DNA from: Cenococcum geophilum
Lineage: Eukaryota
Direction: 5' to 3'
DNA: 64,000 bases
Assembly (NCBI GenBank): GCA_050273025.1
Contig: CP158635.1
Coordinates: 5,146,001 to 5,210,000, forward strand
Shown piece after piece: positions 23,978 through 37,336 of the stretch. The translations under genes and the position numbers were made by a program. Below the pieces are notes generated by a model. That model was not told the origin of the DNA. It was given only the letters and a program-made list of their open reading frames with translations, and ran no database searches. Numbering within the stretch: position 1 is the stretch's first letter; every line of letters begins with the position of its first letter.

Positions 23978-25944
23978 TTTAGAGGGTTAAAGAGGGCTAT
24001 AGGTAGTCTGGTAGAGTATATAATTAACTAAATATATAAATCATATATAAGGATAAGTTATGCCTTTATAATCTACCCCCTCTATAATTTCTTATAGCCC
24101 TCTTATTAAGAGTTCCTAAAAATTTAAGAGAATTTTACTATTAGGGACTAGCTTTATAGTAACTAAATTTTATTTACCTATGTAGAAGCTAGCTAGTGCT
24201 AGCAGTTCTGGCCTATAGGCCTATAAAAGAGAGCATCTTTACCTTAAAAGGCTATGGCTGTATATAGGGGTGTAAAGCACTTTATTATAGACGTTCTACT
24301 TTATTATACTTTACTAAATAAAAAAAATGCCGTATATAATGTAGGGTTATAAAAGCCCTTTATTTTATAGAGTTTAGGCAGCTATTAAAAAGCATCAGCC
24401 TCTTCGCGAGAGTAGTGGCGCCCGCGCTGTAAGTTTATATAGTAGTTAATAGAAACGACTTTAAATATAGTAGTATACGACCTTCGGTATCCCACCCCCT
24501 ATACGCGGCGGCATCTAATTCCGCTACAGCGGCACCTAAATTAGTATATAGAGCTAGTAGGAAGGAGTGTAACGGGAGTAGGGGCTAGATGGATCTTGCC
24601 TACCTTAAATCTAAAGCTATTCGCGACGCCCCCTTCTTATTAAATCGTGATATTACCTCTAGATCTTTAGTTACCCCCCCTCTTTCTCTAATATAGCTCT
24701 AAATATAGGCAATTAGTAGTATACCTTTATTAAGGTCCTTTTTATAGCTAGCGCTAGTAAATATATATGCACCTATTAAGCTAACTGCTCTCTATTACGC
24801 GGGGTTATAGGAAATACTGCAATGCTCCGGTAATTAGGCTAGGGAAGGTCATATACTACTATATTTAAAGTCGTTTCTATTAACTACTGCATAAACTTAC
24901 AGCGCGGGCGCCACTACTCTCGCGAAGAGGTTAACGCTTTTTAATAGCTACCTAAACTCTGTAAAATAAAAGGCTTTTATAACCCTATATTGTATACAGC
25001 ATTTTTTTTATTTAGTAAAGTATAATAAAGTAAAACATCTATAATAAAGTGCTTTACACCCCTATATACAGCTACAGCCTTTTAAGATAAGGATGCTCTC
25101 TCCTATAGGCCTATAGGCTAGAACTACTAGTATTAGCTAGCTTCTGTATAGGCGAATAAAATTTAGTTGCTGTAAAGCTAGTCCCTAATAGCAAAATTCT
25201 CTTAAATTTTTAGGAACTCTTAATAAGAGGGCTATAAGAAATTATAGAGGGGGTAGACTATAAAGGCATAACTTATCCTTATATGTAATTTGTATATCTA
25301 GTTAATTATATACTCTACTAAACTACTTAAAAACACCTCTAAGCTTTATCTTATCTACCCTACCAAACTACCTATAGCCCTCTTTAACCCTCTAAAATGG
25401 AAAAAACGTTTACCTATAAGGTATTTATTGAGAACGGAACTGGCGGAGATATAAAGAGACGATATATTATCTACTCTAAACTTCCGAAGGTCTTAGGCGG
25501 TATTATCCATAAAATTTCCTTAATTATATAGTATAAAACCAACGCTATTAGTAAAGGCGGCTATAATTTATTTAAATATATATTAGAGTTCTTTAGCTTT
25601 ATTAGTTACTTTAATAGCTTAATATTAAAGCCCGGAGACGATATTTCGGTAGCCTATAGTAAATAGGTTATAATTAAAATAATTAAGAATAATAGTACCT
25701 AGCTACTTATACATAAATAGGACGGAAGTATTAATATCTAAACTACTAAAACCCGCAACGCTAATAATGGGACTTTTGCTATCGCATACGATAATAATAT
25801 TTCCCTTAGTAGTAGTATTATTGGAGTTGCCCAGAAGGCTAGAGATAAAGATCCTACTCTAGTTACCGCTGTTAAAGTTAAACTAGGTATAGACTATATC
25901 TTTACTCCTAAGTAACTAGTCTATATTACGCACGGAGAATATAA
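23430..25944. repeat. Long inverted duplication: arms 23430-24485 and 24844-25944, ~360-bp spacer
   Basis: The arms are reverse complements differing mostly by transitions. The right arm has a small extra insert near 25316-25365. Confidence 0.95.
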
Positions 25945-26068
25945 TATCTATATAATAATTAATCCTTAGTCTATTAAGGTATTTAGCTAAGTAGAGTTTA
26001 AGGGCAGTTTAATAGAGGTGCATATTAAGGAAAATAGTAGTGGTACCTTTAATATTTAATATAAGTGA
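25397..26068 (+). pseudogene. RIPped stand-alone gene (223 codons) homologous to the N-terminal domain of the neighbouring HET protein
   Basis: One frame from ATG 25397 to TGA 26066: MEKTFTYKVFIENGTGG..RRYIIYSKLPKVLGG...KNNST*LL...NANNGTFAI...VTAVKVKLGIDYIFTPK*LVYI...KENSSGTFNI. It aligns end to end with MADPVTYGVAIRNKT..RKYFVYSEPPNVTGG...KNDGTQLF...NADSGTFKI...VAAVELKPGADLVFTPKQPIFI...EETGDGTFRV. Confidence 0.88.
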
Positions 26069-26178
26069 TGATACCAGGTAGGTTTTTATATCTTTAGATT
26101 AGGGATATTACTAATGGGTAATACAAGGTCTATATTTGCGGTTAAGCCGCCTAGGCTACTTTACATTATTAAGGGGTT

Positions 26179-28228
26179 TTAGCCGACTGTTAATACAGAG
26201 GTTACGGTTATAGCTTTTTTTTTTAGTAGAGGAGGGACGTTTTCTCTTGTTTGTATAGGAGAAGCCTATATACCTAGCATGTGACTTATTATATTAAGAG
26301 AACCTATCTACTTACATAATTTACATTTATTTATATTAGCGATTACAACCTTTTATAAACCGGCTTTTATATTTCTATTCGTTTTTAACGCCGTATAAAT
26401 AGTTCTAGCCAACTTTATATATTGAAGTGTTCCTGCCAATCTCTACTTCAATAGGCTTGAATTTTTATATGGCTCGTGCCCGCTTTACCTTTAGCTGTTA
26501 AACAGTTAGTAAAGCTATATACGCGAATTTCCTATATAGTTATTCTTTTCCCCCTAATAACCATTGTAAGAGGTAACCGTTATTAAGCTAAAAACCAAGG
26601 CATATAGTACCTAATTCCCTAGCTAATACTATGTTGGCCGTCTAAACTAAACTACTATACAAGCAAACCCGATAGTCTTTCTGCGAATTTGGTCCATAAC
26701 GATATATTATAGAGTTTCTTGCCCAAATTAGCATTCTCTAAGCCGTATTTAAACTCCCTATAGGCGCCCTAAATTAGCTCCAACTAGTATAAGGAAATTT
26801 GCGAAATATGCCTATTTGTAGCGAATGGAGGCGATACGAAGTATTATCCCAGTCTAGTAATAATCCAGTAGCGAGGCTTAGCATTTAAAAAAACTTATTA
26901 GAGGGTATAAGTAATCTAGAGCTTATTTAGATATTAAGTACATGGCTAAACCTCTATGGCGGCTAGAGCTTAGTCCGGCTTAATTTAAGTATATTAATAT
27001 TGGATTACCGCTCATTTGCCTCTTAAGCGGTCTCTTATATCTATAATATACTCTATATCACCTTATATACGCCAATCTATATCCGTATATATCTTCTAGC
27101 GCAGTCTCTCTAAGAACGACACCTTTAAAAGTAGGGTATATCTAGCTCTGGTTCTAATTAGTAGGACATACTATATTGGCCTATAGCTCGCTTATTAGTT
27201 AAAAGTAAGTGACCTTATTAGCTAACTGTATGTAAGGCTAAGATAAAATGCCTTAAGATACTGTATTCTCTTCTCTAGTTTATCCACGATTTATAGCTAA
27301 TTACTATTAGCTGGTTAGCATTCATCCTAGCTCTTAAGAGGTGACCTAGCTGCTTTCACTGCCACTACTATCTCCAGCCTTAAGGTCGCGGCAACTTATG
27401 TCTTATACCACTTAGTTCAGTTTTGCAGTTAAAAATCCCTAATAGAATAGTAAAGGCATATCTTATTGACCTGGCGTCGATTACTACTATATTAAGCTTA
27501 GATTAGGGGTAAATGCCTTACCCACTTCGTGTATTTAATAAGGCTCTAAATCCTTTTATAGTAAAACAGAGTTCTTATTCTTAATTGCCCTGTTTAATAT
27601 ATCTTAACCATTATTAGTAACCTGCTCCGAGTGCTTCTTTAAACTATATTATAAGCTTGGAAACTTCTAGGTATATTGCTTTTATATTATTACCTTATAG
27701 TATCTTTTTCATCCTAACTTCTAGATAGGCTTAGAACATAGCTGCCCAAGTTATCACTTATGGCCTCAATATTAAGCTTAGCCAAAATATGGATATTATA
27801 TATATGGGTAGGAACTATAAAGATAATGTAAATGTGGGGGTAGCTATAGTGACGAGGGCAGACGCGGAAGGTGCTAGTAACGATCAAGAGGTGTTCCTCC
27901 CTCTTTAAAGTTTAATAGTAGGATTTGCTGGGACAATAGAGGTATAGGTTTATTGCTAGGTTTAAGGTCTAGCAGTTATAAGGTTTATGTCAGTTTTCCT
28001 AGGCGAAAACCGGGTTTTATTTGACAACCAGCCTTAAATAAATATTGGCTTCTTTTACGCTCAAAACCGTTAAGTAGATAAATAGGTTATGCGACTCGTT
28101 AGGGCGGAACCGCTGAGTATAACCATTGGTTTAACCTTTCCTAATCCTGATTATTCTATCAGTATTCGCTCTATACGCGTCAACTTTAATATTTAATAAA
28201 ATTCGTCTATATCGTCCTTTAACGCCAT
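26179..28228 (-). pseudogene. RIPped hypothetical gene of unknown family
   Basis: From ATG 28228 (MALKDDIDEFY...) there are long protein-like frames whose stops are mostly TAA/TAG. A CKLC motif lies near the end. No domain recognised. Confidence 0.5.
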
Positions 28229-29171
28229 TCTTAAGAATATAAGAGAATAGGAGGCCACTTTACTCGGTCCCATCGTCTAACTAATCTTCGCGCGGTTTAA
28301 TATCCTATCTATCACCAGGCTTGCTAATTAATTAATTTAATTTAATTCAATTGACGCCTTAAATTAATTAAATTGAAAGCTTTATAAGCAGAGGGCTTAG
28401 TTAATTAAATTGATTGAATTAATATTGCAACGGTTGCAACTAAATTTAACTAGTATAGTAGTTAGTAATTATTACAAGTCTTGGCATAGTGTTAATATAG
28501 AAAGACCTACCTACTAACGCCTAGATTGTTTTTTACCGTCGTTTCTTTCGCCTTTGCTCTTAATATAGGCCTATCGCGAGTCTTAGTATAGTGTTAAGTC
28601 ACCTTTCTACCGTATATATCCTGTTCCTTCTACAGGCGCTTTAACTGCCCATCTACTATATAAACTATATCTTCCTTATCCCACGATCCTACCGCCATTA
28701 AAGCTCCAATTATATTAGGTTGCAGTCGTGCGCAATTAGTAGTAAGGAGTAAGCCTATAAGGCTAAATATACGTTCGGGGTCTGACGATATTAGTGGAAT
28801 TATTATCAAATCGAGAGCTATATGAGCGAGTCGTTAATATTAAGTTCCTTTTATTCTGGCTTGCTAATAAGCAATTGGATTAGTACAGTGGACGTCCTTA
28901 ACCGCCTTATACGTAAGATAATGCCTTATATAGATAGGTCGCTTTGTCCGATTCTTATGGGACGTACTTAAAGAGTTTACATCGTATATTTGTCGTGTCA
29001 TTTTTGTCTAGTATTAGGCGAAGCAAGCGAACGCTATTAGGCGTCTATAAAAGCGGAGAATAACAGTACTAAGACATGGCACAAGACATAGCACCCAGAA
29101 ACTTAAACTTGTGTAGATTTAATAGCCCTAATGGGTAGTAATAAGCCTAGTTATTATCTGCGATCAAGCGT

Positions 29172-29406
29172 TAATTAATCTAGGGGCTTGGCTTTTAAAA
29201 TTTGTAGTGCCAAGAATATACTATATACAATTGGGAAATCACGTAAAAAGAACCACACTGCTACCCCCGCTAATTCACGTGTGAACTAGACCTGCGGCGC
29301 AACACATTATCGCGGCCTTGCGCCGTAAGTAAGATTCTTACACCTAGCCTGCGCTAGTAGGGAGGGCGGCTGACCCGCACCGGCTATAGGGTTGTTTTCG
29401 TGGCGT
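29172..29406 (-). repeat. Right arm of the ~230-bp inverted repeat (partner 18949-19180)
   Basis: Direct sequence comparison. Confidence 0.9.
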
Positions 29407-32400
29407 AGGAGCCCCGATGGCTGCTTCGACCCCTAAATGCGTATTAGCAACACTACCTCTAAACCCGCTAGCAGCTTTACTAAGACGTATAAAGAAACCG
29501 AGCGCGAAGGTGTAAGAGGCCTAGTAGTTGCTGAGGACACGAGCCTAAATATTAGTATAGTTTAAATAGTAGATAACCGCACTATAAACCGGACTATAAG
29601 CTATATAGTATATACTGCCTCTATTCCCTATAGTAAGAGTCTCTACCTTACCTAAACGTAAAGGAGGAGGTATTAATTATAATGAATTTTATCGACTTAT
29701 TAAAAGCCTTAAAGAAACTATAGTATAGCAAAGCAATATTATTATAAACTAGAATAGTATTATTAAGAGCATTAGAAATGACCTTATAAATATTAAATCG
29801 GAATAGCGAAGCCTTAAAAAGCAAAACACTAAACTCTAAAAGGCCATCCGGTCCTTATAAGCGCAACTAAATACTCCCTTAGCTCTAATATAATTATAGG
29901 TATTAGTAGCGGCTAGTAGAGGCATGGCAGGGTTAGAGATAACCTTGCTATAAATAATAAGCGCTAGGAACCCTAAGGAACCTAATTAGCAGCTAGTAAT
30001 AGACGTTAGCTAAGCGGGTAAGGAGGTAATAGAGAGGGTAGCTACTACTAAAGCAGTAAAGTAAACTATTGCGTAAGGTATAAAGGATGTTAAGGGGCTT
30101 ACGGGAGCTATACTTAAGGACTTCCGCGTATGGCGAATAAGCGATAGCGTGAGCATTATTAGATTCTCGGTGGAAAAAGATAAAGAAGCTGTGTTTAGGT
30201 AGACGACTACTTAATAGCTTAAACTGTATATCCCTAGCGCGAGGCTTATTAGACCTAAGTAGTATACAGTTAAGGCGGACTGGGTTAAAGTACCTTTAGT
30301 AATGGATATTAATAGCGGAAAAGTAAGTAAGTCAGCTATAGAGCGCTTTGGGGTAGAGAATGGGGTAGAGGTATGTATAATAAGATAGCTAGGATAACTA
30401 AGGCCGCGCGGCTAGTACGTGTTAGTAATTATTAAAGTGGCAATAAAGGAGGATGTAGAAAAGCTGCTTACGTTAAACAACGTGTTATTTAGGGGAGGCG
30501 CGATTATTATATCACCATTTAAGGAGCGACGTACCCCTATAGCATACTATAAATGTAAAAGGTTTAGACATAGGGCTAGAGACTATATATAACCTAATAT
30601 ATGCGAAATATATAGGCGGGAAGGCTATCTCTGGTGTAAGACGGTAAATCTATACTATGTAAACTGCTAGGGTCCTTACTAAGCCTTATACTGTAAATAC
30701 CTAGTATATAGAAAAGAGATAAATAGGATTCTTATATAATAGCGCTATAAATAGAGAACTCTGGATCCTTTAGGCGAATATAAAGAAGTATAGGAAGGCG
30801 TAGTATGCGCTATATAATGATGAAGCGCTAGCGGACTTCTACTTTATTCTAGGCTAGGAGCCTTATTGCTTTCTCTTAAATAGGGAAGTGGTGCTAGCTG
30901 GCTTAAATCCCTAGTAAATAAGGTTCGTCCTAATAGGCAGGTAGCAGCGGTATTTTTTAGTTAGGTTATATATCTAGGCATTTAGAGAGCTGGCAGCTAT
31001 ATAGCTATAGGTAGATTTAGTAGACATTATGGTGGTAGTAGCGCACGTTAGCTAAAGGAGACTTATAATTATATTGGTATATATTTTAAATAGAGGTTTA
31101 AGGAGAACTAAGGAAGAGAACCTAGAGAAGCTCTTTAGCAAACTAGAGATAATTAATAGGCTAATCTAGGGTGAACTATTACGCGACCTATATACCGAGG
31201 TAGTAATCGTAGGTAACTTTAATTGGCACAATCTGCTATAGGGAGGAAGTTATATTAGTACCATATTAACACAGAAAGAAAGCGTACTAATTATTGACTT
31301 TATAGCGGACCGGTTACTCTAGAGCCTACTTCTAGTAGGAATACCTACGTTTAAAAGCGACGCGGGGCGAATATTAACAATTGACCTTATATTTATAACC
31401 CCGGGCCTAGCGAATAAACTAGTAAAGTGCGCTATCTAGGAGTATAAGTACGGATTAGACTATAGAGCTATCTATACTAGCTTCTAGGTCAATATAGACA
31501 CGTAGAAGAGCTAGGAGAGGCTGCTTATTAAGAATATAAACTAGGACAAGATATAAGAAGACGTAAAGTAATAGAAAGAGATAGGATTCCCTATAGAAGA
31601 TATAGACGAAATAGTTAACTACTTTAATAGGTGGGTTAATAAAGCCCTTAAAGCACACTGCTAATAGGCCAGACTATTACTGTATATAAAAAGATAGTGG
31701 AATAAAGACCTTATAACGCTGAGGAAGTTATATATATACTAGAGGAATAGAAATAGCGCGATATAGAGGTAAAGAAGGGATGACCCTAAGCTATATAATA
31801 TTGTAGTAAGAGCGAAGAAGCTTTTTTATAGGACTATTCGGCGATATAAAAAGCTCTATTAGGACGAATTTCTTAGTAACAGTAACAATATATAAAAAGC
31901 GTCGAAATACCTTAATCCGTAGGCTATATCCGCGTTCACTAAAATACCGCTAATTAAGAAGGATAGAGGATAGGGAGAAGTCGTTATAGAGAACTATAAT
32001 ATTGCAAAAAAACTACTCTAGGTATTCTTTCCGGTCCCGCCGCCGTGTAAATAAGAGGAGGAAGCTATAACTAGCTATAACTAATTGCTATAAAAGCCTA
32101 TCGCCAAATATAAGGTCGAGGTAGCTGTGTTTAGGGCTAGCCCAGATAAGGCTTCTAGAAGGGACGGCCTACTAGCTAGGGTATAGCGAGAGCTATAGCC
32201 CGTATTAAGTGGTAAAATCACCACTCTCTTTACCAAATTACTTGAGATAGGAAAGGTACCCTAGAAATAGAAGGTAGTAAAGATTATACCGCTATAGAAG
32301 CTAAAGTGGGGGGACTATACAGTAGCAAATAACTATAGGCCGATCTCCCTCCTCCCGACGCTAGGAAAAGCACTTAAATTACTAGTAGTGGAGAGGATAG

Positions 32401-34992
32401 TATACCTAGTAGAGGAATATAGCCTACTACCTAAGACGCACTTTAGAGCTAGGAAGCAAAGATTAACAATATATACGCTATCGTATCTCTATAAGGACGT
32501 ATTTAGAGTATAAAGAGGAAAGAAGACGCTGTCTCTAGTATTATTTAATATTAAGGGTATGTATAATAATATGGCTATAAAGCCGGAAATTAGGAGATTA
32601 TAGCAGCGTTAAATACCTTAGACGATTATATAATAGGTGCAGGACTTTTATATAAACTATTAAGCCTATATCCTAGTTAATGGATACACATTAGAGGTAT
32701 AGGCGCTCCTATAGGCGGGTCTCCTATAGGGATTAGCACTAGCCCTAATACTCTTTCTATTCTTTAATGTGGATCTTATATAAAACACACCTAAAAATAG
32801 CAGCTTTATAGCCTTTGTTAATGACTACTTAGTATAGGTTATAGGCCCTATAGCGGAGGAAAACACATAGATTATCTAGGGCGAGATTATACCAATACTT
32901 AAGAAATGGGAGAGGACTAGTGGAGCCCAATTTAAAGCGAAGAAAACGTTATTTATCTACCTTACTAGATATAAAGAAGCAGGCAGGGATACCACTACGC
33001 CGCTCCAATTTAAAGGAAAAGGGATCCCCCCGACTTAGGAAGTTAAAATCCTTAAGGTGATCCTTAATAAGGAGCTACGGTTTAAGGCGCACCTAGTAAA
33101 TAAGGTAGGCAAAGCCACTAAGGTAGCGCTAGCGTTGCGCAGATTAAAGGGACTGTAGTTTAAGAGCGTTAAGCAGCTAGCTAAGAGCTTAGTCCTATTA
33201 GTAGTAGACTACGCGTTGCTAATATGGTACCCGCTTATAATATAAGAGTTAATACAGCTCCTCTAGTAGGCGCAGAGGATTACGGTATAAGCTATTATTA
33301 GGGGGTTCCGCTTTATTACCCTGCTAATAGTAAAAGTAAAAGCTAGCTTACTCCCTTTTAAGTAAAGGCTGCGTAACCAGGCTATCGCGTTCTGGGTATT
33401 AATCTATAAACTAGGCAAATTATATCCTTATTAGATGATTTAAAGACAAAGGCTCTACAGACGGCACCGGTCGCCGCTTTAGAGGATAGTAGAGATATAT
33501 AAGGATATCCAGGTAAATAGGGTGCTAGAGGTTAAACCGTATATATACCCGCTGTAGGTAGCTAAGCTAAATATAGTAATATGCAAGGACGAAGAGTATA
33601 CTTAAGCTATTATTAAAGACTATAAACTAGGGTAGGTTAACATATACGTTAATATATCGGTACGTAATAGTAGGGCAGGAGTTAGCGTATATACTACGCC
33701 ATCTAAAGTAACGCTTTTAAAAACGGTAGCGGGCTTTAAGTAGGCCGACGCCTACCTAATAGAGCTTCTAGCAATTAGCGAGGCAGCTAACTGGCCATAG
33801 GACCCTATATACACGGCTATTAACTAAGTAGGTTTTCCAATACCTACTTCTAGTATAAGAATATTCTTTAACTCGTAATTAGCATTACTATTAGTATAGA
33901 GCTAGAGGGCTAGAGTTTGCTAGGAAATAGTTATAGAGATCTTAAAGAAGCTCTAGCTAAACAATATTACGCTATACTAGATTCTAGGCTATTTAGGATT
34001 TATAGAAAACGAGAAGGCCAATAAGCTTACTAAAGTAGCGATAAGACTAGAGAGCGAAGAGCCACTATAGAGAGACGGCCTCCTATAGTACCTTATAACG
34101 CAAGCCTTAAAAAAAGCTAAGATAATAATAGGACCGCTTCTATTAGGAAGATCTAATATAGGTAAGTTTATAAGGAAGATTAACGTAGTACTCTACCTTA
34201 GAAAGGCTATAGGATTATACTAGTAGCTAATTAGCCTAGAAGCTACTATCTTTACGTAGCTACGGACTAGTAAGTTATTTCTAAAGGAATATCTCCACAA
34301 AATTAATATATTAGAGACGGCGTTATACAACTATAGGCTTATAAAATTAATATAGCACTTCCTTTTCTTTTATAGGAGGTGGGCGCAGCAGAGGATTAAA
34401 CTAAGAGAGTAATATAGAGATCGATTTAGGGATCTATTATATATATTAGGAGGCTACTTACGTAGATAAGAAGGAGGCAGGAGTATTAACGGCCCAATTA
34501 AGCGCTAGAAGCCAGACATTAGCGTAGTTAAAGCTATAATTAAATTTATAAAGGAGACCGGACGTCTATACCTAAGTATATAAAATATAGAGAGTATAAA
34601 AGCCAATATTAATAAGTAAAGACTCCTAAGAATTCCTTCTCTAATTATCTAACCAAATATACCGCGAGCCTCCTCTATACATACCTCTACTAGTACGTTG
34701 CCGATTAAGAAGCGTATAATACTGGAATAGCCCTATAGACACAAGGCGTTAAAAACTACTTACTTAAGCTCGCCTTTAAACTCTAACTTTCTTTAATAGT
34801 AACACATTACTTTCCTTTATTTTTTCCTTAGTTAAGTATAGTATTAGGTAATAGATATATAGTTCTTATAGTTGGCTTCTAAACTAGAGCAAGTATATTA
34901 ATAGCAGGAAGTATTTAGTTAGCGCTCTGTAACGGCCTATACCCTAAATAGTACATGGCTATAATAGAATATATATATATATATATATATAC
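29407..34992 (+). mobile_element. Full-length RIPped Tad1-like LINE (ORF1 with CCHC knuckles; ORF2 APE endonuclease, RT, RNase H), 13-bp TSD
   Basis: Degraded knuckles at ~30545-30710, GNFNWHNLL*GG, TIDLIF, YRPISLLPTLGKAL, GLL*GLALALILFLFF, AFVNDY and LY*ILGY..NEKA..L. (TA)n/(CATA)n tail. GTTTTCGTGGCGT at 29394-29406 and 34993-35005. Confidence 0.95.
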
Positions 34993-35005
34993 GTTTTCGT
35001 GGCGT

Positions 35006-35150
35006 TTCCTAAACATTAGCGCAGTTAAAGCTATAATCTACTTTACAAAGGAGGTATAAGTAGGATGTTTACACCTAAGCAAATAATAAGCCGATCTTAA
35101 TAAGCGAATACTCCTAAGGATCCCCTCTCCTACCTATACCTTTTAACCGA
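35006..35150 (+). mobile_element. Truncated LINE-tail derivative immediately downstream of the full LINE
   Basis: ttcctaaacattagcgcagttaaagc...gcgaatactcctaaggatcccc matches 40644 onward. Confidence 0.8.
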
Positions 35151-35199
35151 CTATATTTTACATTTCTATATCCTTCTATATCTAGCTTATACTACAACT

Positions 35200-36450
35200 C
35201 TAATAATATACTTCGTCGCTCTCCTGGTCTTTAACCTATTAAGCTAAAGGCTACCCCCTCGCCTTTACCTCCGCCATTTACCCCCTAATAAGCCGCGGTT
35301 TCACCACATCGAAGACGCCGAAAGGAACGTAACACTTGGCCTAGCCAAGGCGACACAGTTCTGATAAATTTTGTTAGCCCTAACTACCTAAATATCGCCA
35401 CAAACGTAGGCTAAAGCCCGTTAAACTCCGCGTCTAAGTTAAAGGCAAGCGACCTAGAGTATAATAAGGCGTTTAAGGAAGTAGAGGGTTTAAATATAAT
35501 AGATAGTATTTCTAATTCTAACTAAGAAGAAAGCGACCGCACCGCTGTAAATATAGAGCCAAAACCCAATATAGCCTAAGCCATAGAGTGCTTATACGTA
35601 GGCTAGGTGCTTTTAGTAAACATATAATCAGAGGTAAAAATGGATAAAGTTAAGGTAAAAGGCTTACTAGGCTAAGAAGCGAGCTAAGCAGTATACGGAA
35701 CAAGGGCATTTAGGGGATTTTTAGGTGCTGTCTCTAAGTAAAGTAATAAGCACTACAGTAGCAAAAGAGCTATTGTGCAAAACTTTAATAGAAGTAGCTA
35801 AAGAGATAACAATATCGCATTATAGCTTGGACACCGTACGCTTATATAGCAAATATCCTTAATCCTATACTATACCATAACGTATACTTAGAGTAGTGGT
35901 TCGCTATTACCTTATGCCGGGGAGTAAAACACCCCGACTTAACCATCTCATTGCCTTTTTGCCAAGGCTTACTCCTTAACTTTCGGTGCCTACGCCAATC
36001 CCATATTATAAGTAGCGCGTCTACGACATCGCGACGCTTAAATAGCCCTGTCGAGCGATTGGCCGATATACACTCGATCTATTTAAAGCAATTTAGTGAC
36101 GTAGATTTTATACTACCGATAAGGATATAAGAGCTTATTATATCTATACGGCGCATTAGATAAGGATTAGGCGTCATTTTAAAATTTCGTATAGTGGTGT
36201 ATACTGGCAAGACGGAATAACGGTGAATTAGCTTATAATTACTAAAGTAGGGCCTAGAGCTTATAGGCACCCTTATGCCTAAGGACCCTAATAGCCTTAT
36301 ATTCTGCAATAGTGGTATCTAAAACACCTTCGGACACTTACTAAATCTCGCATTAGTTATGCAAATTGTAAAAGATATAAATACTTATAAGGTAGAAGAG
36401 CACTATAAAGCTTCTTAGAATGCTATAGTGTATACTCCTACATTTTAACT
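35200..36450 (+). pseudogene. RIPped hypothetical gene
   Basis: Protein-like frame RRRRKERNTWPSQGDTVLINFVSPNYLNIATNVG..., reminiscent of the PSQGDAVL motif of some fungal zinc-finger proteins. Many RIP stops. Confidence 0.4.
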
Positions 36451-36719
36451 AGTATTAGATAAAGAGCGTAGTAGGCTTAGGGTTCTATATAGTTATCTAG
36501 TATATCTAGTATATCCTAGTACGCAACGCAGACTCGTTATATACTAATAAACTTTTTTAGCTAGGCAGGTATTATAAAGAATGATATAAACTAGCTAATA
36601 GGTAGAGATATAGAATTAAACAAGTGATCTATTTTATTTAAGGTGGCTCTAAGAGCCCTAATATATATAAGAGAATTGACCTTCTATAGGGGTCTCTAGA
36701 GAGTGATAATACAGGTTAA

Positions 36720-37336
36720 AACTAGAGTAATACCGACGTCAAACAGCACCCGTCTTACCTCTGCAGTAGAGCTACGTCAGTAGCTAACAAACTTCGTCAA
36801 TATAGCATCTCCGCACAAATTCGTTATAATCTCACCGCTAAACTCTAAACCGAATAGTCTGTCGACAAAAAGGTACGCATACCCCACCAAGTCTAACAAA
36901 GTAAGCACTTAGCCAGCTTGTCAAAGGTTGCGAAATAGCAATATTAAGCGCTATCCTACTTATAAGCGAAAATGAGAAGCTATAGGCAGAAAACTAGCGC
37001 CAGAAAAGGAAGAGGGCAAAGCGGCGCACGTATATAGCTAAGGGGGGTATTCTAATAGGAGTAGAGGGCCTATCTTATGCACAAACCGCCTAAACTAGGC
37101 GTAAGGAGGCTGTAGCAGATATAGTAGCTAAGCGGCCGTAACGCGTAGTGCGCAAGTACAGTATATGCGAATTAACAGAACATATAGCACGTACGTGCCC
37201 CAGACGTCAAACTAGTAGATAGTAGATAGCTGCACTTAATACAATTATTCGTGGTTAAGTAACTTACAATATTTGCCCTTAGTAGCGTAGTGGGTGGCCC
37301 AAATACTTATATAGCCAGCTTGCTTACTAAACACAT
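36720..37336 (+). mobile_element. 3' remnant of a Fot1/pogo-type DDE transposon with right terminal repeat
   Basis: ALSQLVKGCEIAILSAILLISENEKL*AEN*RQKRKRAKRRTYIAKGGIL...YSICELTEHIARTCP, then a ggtggcccaaat...acacat|TA terminus. Confidence 0.8.

Noticed and set aside
28315..28445. AATT/CAATTG-rich tract resembling a hAT subterminal region
   Set aside because: No partner end, TSD or transposase found.
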